Assembly: GCA_947499615.1 (NCBI GenBank)
Contig: CANMOP010000004.1
Location: 38,501-102,500 of the forward strand
DNA length: 64,000 nucleotides
Origin: Chloroflexota bacterium
Lineage (GTDB): Bacteria > Chloroflexota > Dehalococcoidia > UBA2979
Direction: 5' to 3'
The notes below the pieces were generated by a model. The model saw nothing but the letters and a program-made list of their open reading frames with translations. It was not told the DNA's origin and ran no database searches. The translations under genes and the position numbers were made by a program. Positions 18,628 through 27,698 of the stretch are shown here, piece after piece (the first letter of the stretch is position 1; each line of letters begins with the position of its first letter).

Positions 18628-19149
18628 ATGGCAAAGCAGTACGACTCGGCCCCGCCGATGAGCATCGACGCGGCGGGGCAGTACCGGGCGGTGCTTCACA
18701 CCGCTCGGGGCGACGTGACGCTCCGGCTGCTCCCAGAGATCGCGCCGCAATCGGTGAACTCGTTCCTGTTCCTCGTACGCGAGGGCTTCTATAACGGCTG
18801 CACATTCCACCGCGTCATTCCCGGCTTCGTCGCGCAGGGCGGCGACCCAACGGGCAGCGGTACGGGCGGGCCGGGCTATCGCATCGCCGATGAGCTCTCC
18901 GACCATCCCTTCGGCACGGGGACGGTGGGCATGGCGAACGCCGGCCCCAACACAAACGGCTCGCAGTTCTTCATTGGTCTGGCACCCGCCGGCCATCTGA
19001 ACGGGCGCTACACGGTGTTTGCGGAAGTGGAGGACGGCATGGGCGTCGTGCTCTCGCTCGCACCTCGTGACCCCGCGACCAGCGACACCACTGGCGACAT
19101 AATCGAATCAGTCGAGGTCATCGAAGTCATCGAGGACGTCGAAGCCTAA
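18628..19149 (+). CDS. Cyclophilin-type peptidyl-prolyl isomerase
   Basis: FHRVIPGFVAQGGDP, MANAGPNTNGSQFFI and HLNGRYTVF motifs. Confidence 0.95.
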   Translation: MAKQYDSAPPMSIDAAGQYRAVLHTARGDVTLRLLPEIAPQSVNSFLFLVREGFYNGCTFHRVIPGFVAQGGDPTGSGTGGPGYRIADELSDHPFGTGTVGMANAGPNTNGSQFFIGLAPAGHLNGRYTVFAEVEDGMGVVLSLAPRDPATSDTTGDIIESVEVIEVIEDVEA

Positions 19150-19322
19150 GCGACGGCCACACATATCACAGGCGTCGATCTGCGGATCGCACCCACTTCA
19201 CCCGACCATTAGGACATCCCGCGCACGGCGGCTGGACGCACACGCGCGCCCGGCCTCGTCTGTCCGTCCGTCGTGGGGAGAGGGGGCCGCTCAGTCGGCT
19301 CGCGGCCAACGTGGGCGAACGG

Positions 19323-19529
19323 TTAGCGGCGAGCAGCTTGCCCAGCAGCGGCGCGACGTTCGGCATAGACCATCACGCCAAACGATGGCAGAAAGCCGGC
19401 GAACGCGAGCAGCGAGGGCAATATCCACCCGCCGATCAGTAGCAGCAGTCCGATGGCAATGGACAGCGCCATCCCGAGGATCGATCCGATCCTGGCGACG
19501 AGCACGTAGGGGGGAAGTCCGTCTGGCAT
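19323..19529 (-). CDS. Small (68 aa) two-TM membrane protein
   Basis: MPDGLPPYVLVARIGSILGMALSIAIGLLLLIGGW...; TGnTACGAT upstream. Confidence 0.55.
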   Translation of the reverse strand: MPDGLPPYVLVARIGSILGMALSIAIGLLLLIGGWILPSLLAFAGFLPSFGVMVYAERRAAAGQAARR

Positions 19530-22500
19530 GTGGTATGACCGGATCGTAACAGCCGTCCTGACGCCGGACAACGTCGACGCCCCGCAGCCCGTGCGGGAAC
19601 GGCTGGATGACATACGCCCGATCTTGGTCATCACTCGAATGATCGCCGCTGGTTGGCTGCTGGGGGTCACGGTCGGTGCGCTCGTCGGGGCGGTGTCGTG
19701 GGAGCGATGTGCAGCGGCGGTCGCCTTGATACTCATCATCGAGTGGCGGGTGCAGTGGCCAGCGTCGGCGCGAACCATCGATAGTCTCGACCGACGGCTA
19801 TTGGTGTGCGCGCTGGCGACGCTGGCGTGGGTCGCCACCATTCAGGCGGTCAGCGACACACCAGCGTGGCTCTGGCTGATGCCGTACGTCTTCGTGCTCG
19901 GCGCGTACGCGCCCGCCCTCCGGTCGCGTTCGCTGGCAATCATGACTGCGGTGGCAGTTGTCCTACTGATCGGCGAGGTGTTGAGCACCCAGGCGGGATG
20001 GCTAGCAGTTCAGCCCACTGCGGAGCCACCGTGGTGGGTGACTGTGGCCCGAGCCGCCATCGGCATCCCGATCATCGCGGGGCTGATGGCCGCAACGCCG
20101 CTCCGCCTGCGCGTGACGCGTGCCGGGTTACAGGTCCTCGCCGCCGCACTACAGCGCGCCGAGCGCGAGCTCTCCGAGTCACACACACAGCTGCAACGCT
20201 GGAACGATGAACTCCACGACGCAGTTCGCGCGCAGACCAGGGAACTGGAGGAGCGCAACCGTCAGCTCGCCGCGCTGAACGGTGTCACCTCGGCGCTCGC
20301 CGAGGATATGGAAGACGAGCGCTGGCTGGAGCGGTCACTCGCCTTCATAGCCCAGGTGATCGAGGCCAGCTCGGTCAGTTGCCTGGTGGACGCCCCGCGT
20401 GGCGAGGGCATCACCCCACAGTCCATTACCATCGCGGGGGATACCTCGGAGGTCGTCCCTGCCTGGCTGATGGAAGATGTGGTGGCCACAGGGCTGCCAC
20501 GGTATTCGGGCCCACACGTGGGCACGCACGCCGGCTCTGCGGCGCTTCCGCCGCGCTACGCAGTCATCCCGCTGCGCGCGCAGGGACGGTCCAGGGGTTC
20601 CCTGGCGGCGGTGGTGCCGGGTGACAAGGCGTGGACCGAGAGCGAACTCCAGATGCTGGAGACCATCGCGGCAGACCTTGCCACCGCGATCGAGAGCAGA
20701 GAGTTGTACTCCGTCACCGTCGCTCGCGCGCGACGCGAGGCGATGCTGGCTGACGTGATTGAACTCCTGGACGGCGGGATGAAATCGACCGAGGCGGTTC
20801 GACTCGCCCTGCAGCGCGCCGGCGATTTGCTGGGAGCGATGGTGATGGCGGTGGTGGTGCCACGCGCCGACACACAGCCGGCCCGTATTGCCAACCGTGT
20901 CGTCTTCGAGGGCCGAGCCACGATGCTCCGTGCCAACTCAACTGCGGTGGATGCCGCGCTCATGGCCGCACCCGGACTCGTGTCGGACCGAGTGCACCCG
21001 CTGGTCTTCGGCGCGGGCGGCGAGGTGCCCGTTTCCGGCAGCATGCGTGACTTGGGAGTCCAGGCATGGCTCATCTGCCCGCTCGCCAATCCGCACGGAG
21101 CCCGAGGTGCGTTGGTGCTGTTGGGTGACGGCAGCGTTCACTACGGCGCGGATGAGCGCGAGATGATCGAGCGATTGGCGCGAATGTTGTCGCACCGCAT
21201 CGCCTCCGACGGTCTGTTCCAGCTGCAGGAGCGCCGCATCGTCGAACTGTCTGGACTCGCCCAGATCGCCGACGTCATCCAGTCGACGTCCGACGTGAAC
21301 CGATTACTCGACGGCTTCGCACGCGGCATGCGTCAGTTGTGCGCGTACACGGATATCTTCTTCGCGCGCCTGGACGAGTCAAACGGGGACGCGGTGCAGA
21401 TATCGCACTACGGCGCAGACCGCCACCCGATCGCACAAGTGGTTGGCGGTGCCGACCTCCTGCTACACCCATGGTTCGCACTACGTGGAGCGATCCCCTG
21501 GAGCAAAATCGACGGGGCACTGCCCGAGTTCTGCGCGAGTATCGAACACCCGATGCTGGTGGTTCCGCTCCGCCTGAAAGGCCAGGTGCTGGGTGTCGTG
21601 GCGCTGGCGACAACCACACCGCCCAGCGCAGAAGAGGCCGCGCTGATTGCGCACGCCGTAGGCCAACTCGGGTTGGTGTTGGACAGCATCTCGCTGTACC
21701 GGCAGGCGACGGAGCGCGCCGCACGCATTCAGGTGTTCGGGAACCTCGCACGCATCGTGGCCTCGGTCGTCGATGTGCGCGATGCGTTCACCGGCTTCGT
21801 GGAAGAGGTGCGATGGCTCCTGCCGTTCGACGCGGCGGTGATGCTGCGGGTCGACCCAGCGCGCGGGATCGCGACACCGTTCGCGGCGTATCCGGAGGAT
21901 CACGAACGCTCCTCGCAGGCATTGCCGCTCGCCGATTCCGCGTTGGCGGCCGCTGCAGAGTCGCGGCGCATCCTGATGGTGCGCGTGGGCGATCCCCAGT
22001 TCTCACGCCACGACTGGTCGATGTTCGGGATCGACACTCTGGAGCGTCGGGCAGGTGGAGCGGGCGCGGCGGGGCGCGGCGATAGTGCGGACAGTGGCAG
22101 CGGAGAGTGGGCTATTGTCCCCATCCTTCGCGGCGACGTCTGCACTGCGGTGCTCGTGCTGGCGCATTCGGATCGGATCCCAGACACCAACGACGAGATC
22201 ACGGCACTGGAGGAGGTAGCTCGACTGCTGGCCGTCAGCATTGAACGTGTGGACCTGTTCGCACAGACGGAACACAGCGCGCGCCACGACCTCCTCACCG
22301 GCTTGCCGAACTACCGCTACCTCCAGGAGCGCCTACGCGAGGTCCAGGCTGGTGTGAGCGCGCCAAGCAGTACCTCGCTGTTGATGGTGGACATGGACGA
22401 CCTGAAGCTGTTCAACGACACACTGGGTCACGGTGCCGGCGATGACGCGATTCAGGCTGTGGGCCGCGCCCTGCGCGCGGTCTGTCGAACAGAGGACTTC

Positions 22501-23289
22501 GTCGCACGCGTCGGTGGCGACGAATTCCTGGCGGTGTTGGAAGGCGCAGACGCTCCGACGGCTGTCGCGATCACCGAGCGACTGCACGATGCGTTACGCA
22601 CCGCGCACCTCGGCATCCCGAACGCGCCGGCGGCGGTACGCGTCTCCGCGGGAGTCGCCTCGCTGCCGCTGGATAGCGAAACCATCGAGGACCTGCTCCA
22701 GGCGGCGGACATGGCGATGTACGAGGCGAAGTTCGCGGGTGGTGGTCGCACCGGAGTGGCATCGGAATTGCCGGCGACACGCCACAAGCGAGGCTTCACT
22801 GGCCGACCTGACCGCGTGGTGGAGACCGTCATTCGCGCCGTCAGCGCCTCGGCTTCCCTTCACGAGCGCGACGCCGTGGCGTTGGCGCAGCGCTACGCCG
22901 TGGGCACCGCGATCCGACTGGGCGTGCCGCCTCACGATGCGGAGCTACTGCGCATGTTGGTTGCGCGCCATGCCGCCCCCGGACTGGCCGACGCTCGCCC
23001 TGGACTGGATGGCATCCTGGCGGCGCGCATGTTGGATGGTCTGGCCACAGACTGGATGTCGCGGGACGCGGAGTCTGCGGCCATTGGACAGATGGTCGTC
23101 ACTGCGGCGCTGGATCTCGCGTGGCTACAACTGGAAGCGCCGGCAGGCGCGGGCTACACGCTGGAGGCGGCGCTACAGCAGATCCGTCGCTCCGCGAGCG
23201 GTGCGCTGGGCGCCACTGTCCGCCGCGAGCTGGAGGTCATCGCGGTCGCGGAAGCGGAACAGTCGGAAGCGGGTCAGCGCGCCGCGTGA
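19528..23289 (+). CDS. Membrane-bound multi-GAF diguanylate cyclase (GGDEF); start codon uncertain
   Basis: N-terminal TM helices, coiled coil, repeated GAF-like segments, HDLLTGLPN, NDTLGH.AGD and RTED..RVGGDEF. Confidence 0.9.
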   Translation: MWYDRIVTAVLTPDNVDAPQPVRERLDDIRPILVITRMIAAGWLLGVTVGALVGAVSWERCAAAVALILIIEWRVQWPASARTIDSLDRRLLVCALATLAWVATIQAVSDTPAWLWLMPYVFVLGAYAPALRSRSLAIMTAVAVVLLIGEVLSTQAGWLAVQPTAEPPWWVTVARAAIGIPIIAGLMAATPLRLRVTRAGLQVLAAALQRAERELSESHTQLQRWNDELHDAVRAQTRELEERNRQLAALNGVTSALAEDMEDERWLERSLAFIAQVIEASSVSCLVDAPRGEGITPQSITIAGDTSEVVPAWLMEDVVATGLPRYSGPHVGTHAGSAALPPRYAVIPLRAQGRSRGSLAAVVPGDKAWTESELQMLETIAADLATAIESRELYSVTVARARREAMLADVIELLDGGMKSTEAVRLALQRAGDLLGAMVMAVVVPRADTQPARIANRVVFEGRATMLRANSTAVDAALMAAPGLVSDRVHPLVFGAGGEVPVSGSMRDLGVQAWLICPLANPHGARGALVLLGDGSVHYGADEREMIERLARMLSHRIASDGLFQLQERRIVELSGLAQIADVIQSTSDVNRLLDGFARGMRQLCAYTDIFFARLDESNGDAVQISHYGADRHPIAQVVGGADLLLHPWFALRGAIPWSKIDGALPEFCASIEHPMLVVPLRLKGQVLGVVALATTTPPSAEEAALIAHAVGQLGLVLDSISLYRQATERAARIQVFGNLARIVASVVDVRDAFTGFVEEVRWLLPFDAAVMLRVDPARGIATPFAAYPEDHERSSQALPLADSALAAAAESRRILMVRVGDPQFSRHDWSMFGIDTLERRAGGAGAAGRGDSADSGSGEWAIVPILRGDVCTAVLVLAHSDRIPDTNDEITALEEVARLLAVSIERVDLFAQTEHSARHDLLTGLPNYRYLQERLREVQAGVSAPSSTSLLMVDMDDLKLFNDTLGHGAGDDAIQAVGRALRAVCRTEDFVARVGGDEFLAVLEGADAPTAVAITERLHDALRTAHLGIPNAPAAVRVSAGVASLPLDSETIEDLLQAADMAMYEAKFAGGGRTGVASELPATRHKRGFTGRPDRVVETVIRAVSASASLHERDAVALAQRYAVGTAIRLGVPPHDAELLRMLVARHAAPGLADARPGLDGILAARMLDGLATDWMSRDAESAAIGQMVVTAALDLAWLQLEAPAGAGYTLEAALQQIRRSASGALGATVRRELEVIAVAEAEQSEAGQRAA

Positions 23290-23339
23290 GCGTGTCGACG
23301 CGGGTAGGCGCGCTTGCGCAGGCCGCCGCGTGCCACGCG

Positions 23340-24170
23340 CTACTCCGCATCCACCTCAGCGCCCAACGCCGGGCGGATCAGTGAGTCGTACAGCAGCGCC
23401 CCAATCGGCGCACCTACCAGCGGCCCGACGATGTACACCCAGAAGCCGCCGGCCGGACCGGGAATCGCCACGCCCCCCCAGCCGGCGAGGTACGCGACCA
23501 ACCTCGGCCCGAAGTCTCGTGCGGGATTCCAGCCGGCCTGCGTGAGCGGCGCGAACAGCGAGATCAGCACCGCCACCGTGAAGCCAATGAAGAACGGCGC
23601 GAGCGCTCCCGGTCGCGCGCCGCTGCGGCGATCCGTGAGCGCAAGGATCATGAACATGAGAATGCCGGTGCCCAGCGCCTCGATTCCCACCGCGGCCAGC
23701 GGGGAGACGAGGGCCCGCGCCGCGCCGTCGGTTCCGAAGATCGCCGGGTTCGGGAAGTACTCACCGAACACCATCGCTGAGAGCTCGGAGCCAGCGGCAC
23801 CACGCGTGATCGTGTGTTCCGCCTCGAAGCGCGCGAGGAACGGGCCAAACGTTGCGAGCACCACCGCGCCTGCCAGCACCGCACCGGTGAACTGCGCCAC
23901 CCAGTACGGCAGCACCCGCCCGAACGGGAACTCGCGAGGTCGCACGATTGCCAATGCCAGCGTGACTGCCGGGTTGAGGTGCGCACCGGAGACGGAAGCC
24001 GTCGCGTAGATCGCGAGCGTGACACCGAACCCCCACACCACCGCCACCTGCCACAACCCGCTCATCGCGCCGGTCAGCACCGCAGAAGCGACCGCTCCCG
24101 TCCCAAAGAGCACGAGCAGGAACGTCCCCACGATCTCCGCGAGGTACCGACGTGACCACGATTCCTGCAT
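23340..24170 (-). CDS. MIP family aquaglyceroporin
   Basis: Two NPA boxes (SGAHLNPAVT, GWNPARDFGPRL); the NPARD motif is GlpF-type. Confidence 0.93.
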   Translation of the reverse strand: MQESWSRRYLAEIVGTFLLVLFGTGAVASAVLTGAMSGLWQVAVVWGFGVTLAIYATASVSGAHLNPAVTLALAIVRPREFPFGRVLPYWVAQFTGAVLAGAVVLATFGPFLARFEAEHTITRGAAGSELSAMVFGEYFPNPAIFGTDGAARALVSPLAAVGIEALGTGILMFMILALTDRRSGARPGALAPFFIGFTVAVLISLFAPLTQAGWNPARDFGPRLVAYLAGWGGVAIPGPAGGFWVYIVGPLVGAPIGALLYDSLIRPALGAEVDAE

Positions 24171-24221
24171 CTCACCCTCTTCCCATGATGTGGCGCGCCC
24201 AACAGACTGGGGCGTACGAGG

Positions 24222-24650
24222 CTACACCGGCCCGGTGCTGTCCATCTCGCTCAACAGCGATGCGATACGAGCGCGGATGTCGTCGCGCACGGCACGCACC
24301 ACCTCGATTGGTTGGCCAGCGGGATCGTCTAGCTCCCAGTCTAGGTAGCGCTTGCCGGGGAGGATCGGACAGGCGTCCCCGCACCCCATCGTGACCACCA
24401 GGTCCGCGGCACTCACGACGGCGTCTGTGAGGCCCTTCGGTGTCTCCTGAGAGATGTCGAGGCCGCACTCGCGCATGGCCGCTACCACGACAGGATTCAC
24501 GACGCTCCCCGGGGCGGATCCCGCCGATTGTGCGCGCAGCGTGACACCCGCTCGCGCACTGCCCAGCACCGTCGCGAACGCCGCCGCCATCTGCGAACGC
24601 CCGGCGTTGTGGATGCAGACGAACAACACCGTGATCTGCTGCTTCGGCAT
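24222..24650 (-). CDS. arsC: Arsenate reductase, LMW-PTP fold
   Basis: VLFVCIHNAGRSQMA P-loop, TMGCGDACP and W.L.DP motifs; GGAGG RBS. Confidence 0.9.
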   Translation of the reverse strand: MPKQQITVLFVCIHNAGRSQMAAAFATVLGSARAGVTLRAQSAGSAPGSVVNPVVVAAMRECGLDISQETPKGLTDAVVSAADLVVTMGCGDACPILPGKRYLDWELDDPAGQPIEVVRAVRDDIRARIASLLSEMDSTGPV

Positions 24651-24784
24651 CTGACCTCCGTAGCGCCCCCTCGTAGCGGCGACATCTTCTACCGACACCG
24701 CAGACCACGCGCGGGCGAGCGTACCGGCGACGCGTTAGCGTGCCGTTAACGGGGTGCGAGCAGCCGAGGGCGAAGAGCGGAGTA

Positions 24785-25597
24785 CTAGTCGAGCAGTGCG
24801 TCGACTTCGGTGGTGAGGTCGGCGGGGAGGGCGGGCGCACCGTCCGCGTCCAGTACGCGCGCCCCCGAGGTGCGAAGACGACCCGCACCGAATTCGCGCA
24901 GGGTCGCGACCAGCAGTGGCGACTCGCGCAGCACGCCAAGCGCCCGGATCGCACCGAACAGCGGCGTTGCATCCAGCGCCTCATCGCTCATCGTGGCGGG
25001 CTCGGCGGGGAGCGCAGCCCGCAGGTCGTCGAGCGCCGGCGTACGCAGCGCGTATCGGCAGTAGGCGACAACCGGGCCCTGATCCACCGCTGCGATCGCG
25101 AGGTGCAGCATCACACCCGATTCCGTCGCCCGCTCCCGGATCAGGCGGCGGATGACCTCGCGCCAGGTGCCGGCCGGGCCGCCGGGCAGCGCGGGGTGGA
25201 GGTTCAGCAACGGATGGCGCTGCACGAACTCGTGTCCGAACACCAGCATGTAGCCAGCGAGCACTCCGAGGTCGAACTCATACGGCGCCAGTGCCGCATC
25301 GACGGCGCGGTCGAACTCCGCTCGCCACGCTGGAAGGGGAGCGCCGTGCGCCGAACGCTCGCCGCCCGCACGTCGGCGGAAGCCGACCGATGAGACGGTC
25401 ACCAGCGGGATCGAGGCATCGCGCACGCGGTCGAAGAAGGCGTCAGTCACAGCGTCTTCGCCGCTCTCGCGGTTGCAGACGACTGCGACCACCTGTGCGT
25501 CGAGCGTCCCTTCCGAGATCGCCCCGAGGACGGCCTCGAACATCGCGCGAGAGCCAGAGCCACGCGCCGTCGTAAACCACGCGAGTCGGAGTGTCAC
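24785..25597 (-). CDS. purN: Phosphoribosylglycinamide formyltransferase
   Basis: VLAGYML, LNLHPALP and VDQGP formyltransferase motifs. Confidence 0.8.
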   Translation of the reverse strand: MTLRLAWFTTARGSGSRAMFEAVLGAISEGTLDAQVVAVVCNRESGEDAVTDAFFDRVRDASIPLVTVSSVGFRRRAGGERSAHGAPLPAWRAEFDRAVDAALAPYEFDLGVLAGYMLVFGHEFVQRHPLLNLHPALPGGPAGTWREVIRRLIRERATESGVMLHLAIAAVDQGPVVAYCRYALRTPALDDLRAALPAEPATMSDEALDATPLFGAIRALGVLRESPLLVATLREFGAGRLRTSGARVLDADGAPALPADLTTEVDALLD

Positions 25598-25622
25598 AGC
25601 TGCGGCGATCCCACGCGCACGA

Positions 25623-25850
25623 TCACCGCTCCGCCCCATCCTCGTAGGTGTCGCGCAAGCGCTCGATGCGCTGCTCGACCTGCGCGAGCATCGTCTGGCA
25701 GTGCTGCGCCAGTCGCATGCCTTCTTCGTACAGCGCGATCGAATCCGCCAGCGGCAGGTTCCCGGCCTCGAGGCGCATGCTGACCTCCTCCAGCCGGGAG
25801 TAGAGCGCCTCGAATGTCGGCTCGTCGGTTGCGCCAGTGCTGCTGGTCAT
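25623..25850 (-). CDS. xseB: Exodeoxyribonuclease VII small subunit
   Basis: TFE....LE....LE.G.L.L..S..LYEEG motif; coupled to xseA. Confidence 0.93.
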   Translation of the reverse strand: MTSSTGATDEPTFEALYSRLEEVSMRLEAGNLPLADSIALYEEGMRLAQHCQTMLAQVEQRIERLRDTYEDGAER

Positions 25851-27055
25851 GGGGTCACTCCGGGCTGGTCTGCTTCGATACGTGCGGCGCGTGTGCCATC
25901 GTGCATACGTAACGCGACATGCTGTCCTGTTGCCAATTCCGCCGCCGAGGTTGCTGCGGCTCCGTCTGCTCTCAGCACCAGCGCGTACCCACGCTCCAGC
26001 GTGGCCAGCGGCGAGAGCGCGCGTACCCGCGCAGCCAACGCCTCCGTTCGCTCGCGCGATCGCATATGGGTCAGCGTGACGGTCCGCGAGAGTGCGCCGG
26101 CACGGTCACGCAGTCGCGATCGGATCGAGGCGACGTCGGGCAGAGAGCGGCTGAGCACGGCCGCGTGATGCTCGATGGCGTCGCGAGCATCGGCAGCGGT
26201 GCGAATGATCTGCAACTCCGCGTGGCGCTGGAACGCGGCGATTGCCCGTTCCACATCGAAACGGTCGGGCGCGACCAGTTCGGCGGCGGCAGACGGCGTC
26301 GGAGCGCGCAGGTCGGCGACGAGGTCCGCAAGCGTCGTGTCGGTCTCATGACCGACGGCCGAGATCACGGGGACCGGGCAGCCGAAGATCGCGCGCACCA
26401 CCGGCTCTTCGTTGAACGCCCAGAGGTCTTCTGCGGCACCACCGCCGCGCGCGACGATGACGACATCGGGCGACTGATCGCGCGCGATCACGCGGATCGC
26501 CTCGGCGATAGAGAGCGCGGAGCCTTCGCCCTGCACCGGCGTCGGTTGCAGCAGCAGCGTGCCCAGCGGCCACCGTCGTCCGAGGACATCCGCGATGTCA
26601 TGGAACACTGCGCCGGTCGGCGAGGTCACCACGCCAATGCGCTGTGGGAAGCGCGGCAGCGGGCGCTTACGCTCCGGCGCGAACAGCCCTTCGGCTTCGA
26701 GCGCGGCCTTGCGACGCTCGAACTCGGCCGCCAGCGCGCCGGTTCCCTCCGGCTGCACGAAGTCAACGATGAACGAGAGCTCTCCGCGCTGCTCGTATAC
26801 GGAGAGCGACCCGTACACGACGACCGACATGCCCTCTTCCAGCTGCGTGCGCTGGCCGAGGTTGCGGTTCCGAAAGAAGGCGCACCGTAGCGCGCTGGTA
26901 GCATCCTTCAGCGTGAAGTAGATGTGCCCGGAAGAGGCACGCGTCAGGTTGGAGACCTCCCCGGCCACCCAGATCTCGGTGAGATGGCGATTGCTTTCCA
27001 GCAACTCGCGCAGGTACCGGGTGACCTGGTGGACGGGGTAGACCTCCGGCGGCAT
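25847..27055 (-). CDS. xseA: Exodeoxyribonuclease VII large subunit
   Basis: GEVSN, SGHIYFTLKD, RGGG..EDL, SAVGHETD and RAPTPSAAAE motifs. Confidence 0.96.
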   Translation of the reverse strand: MPPEVYPVHQVTRYLRELLESNRHLTEIWVAGEVSNLTRASSGHIYFTLKDATSALRCAFFRNRNLGQRTQLEEGMSVVVYGSLSVYEQRGELSFIVDFVQPEGTGALAAEFERRKAALEAEGLFAPERKRPLPRFPQRIGVVTSPTGAVFHDIADVLGRRWPLGTLLLQPTPVQGEGSALSIAEAIRVIARDQSPDVVIVARGGGAAEDLWAFNEEPVVRAIFGCPVPVISAVGHETDTTLADLVADLRAPTPSAAAELVAPDRFDVERAIAAFQRHAELQIIRTAADARDAIEHHAAVLSRSLPDVASIRSRLRDRAGALSRTVTLTHMRSRERTEALAARVRALSPLATLERGYALVLRADGAAATSAAELATGQHVALRMHDGTRAARIEADQPGVTP

Positions 27056-27056
27056 C

Positions 27057-27620
27057 TCAGGCGGTCGCGACGCGCTCGATGTACCCGCGGGTGGAGGTGG
27101 ACACCTTAATGGTGTCACCCTCGTTGATGAACAGCGGCACGTCGACGACGAGGCCGGTCTCCATGGTCGCGGGCTTCGTCGCGCCGGTCGCCGTGTCGCC
27201 CTTCGCGCCCGGGTCGGAGCGCGTGATCTTCAACGTCACGGATGCCGGCAATTCGACGCCCAGCGCCTCCTCGCCATACAGGAGGACCTGCAGGACGTCG
27301 CCTTCCTTGATGAAGTCCACCGCGTGCCCTGCGATGTTCCGCGGCACCGTGAATTGCTCGAAGGTCTGGGTGTTCATGAACGTCAGCCCGTCCACGTCGC
27401 CGTACAGGTACTGCATGTCCAGGCGCTCCACACGGGCGGAGGCCAACTTCTCGCTCGCGTTGAAGCTGCGCTCAATGATGTGACCGGCGCGGAGGTCCTT
27501 CAGCTTTACCTTATAGACGGCAGACCTCTTGGTCTTGACGTGCTGCACCTCAATGACCTGATAGAGGTTGCCGTCCACCTCCACAGTAACGCCCTTCTTG
27601 ATCTCGCCAGTGCCAATCAC
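27057..27620 (-). CDS. efp: Elongation factor P (atypical tip loop)
   Basis: MQYLY, FMN..TFEQ, PGAKGDTA..ATKPA..ETG and VPLFI.EGD; located in the aroQ-pepQ-efp cluster. Confidence 0.95.
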   Translation of the reverse strand: MIGTGEIKKGVTVEVDGNLYQVIEVQHVKTKRSAVYKVKLKDLRAGHIIERSFNASEKLASARVERLDMQYLYGDVDGLTFMNTQTFEQFTVPRNIAGHAVDFIKEGDVLQVLLYGEEALGVELPASVTLKITRSDPGAKGDTATGATKPATMETGLVVDVPLFINEGDTIKVSTSTRGYIERVATA

Positions 27621-27698
27621 GTTTGCCTCCGTCGGGGACTACGTTCGTCCAGTGCGCTCAGTTCGATGTGCCGACCCGCGCGGGCCGGTCCGATGCCG

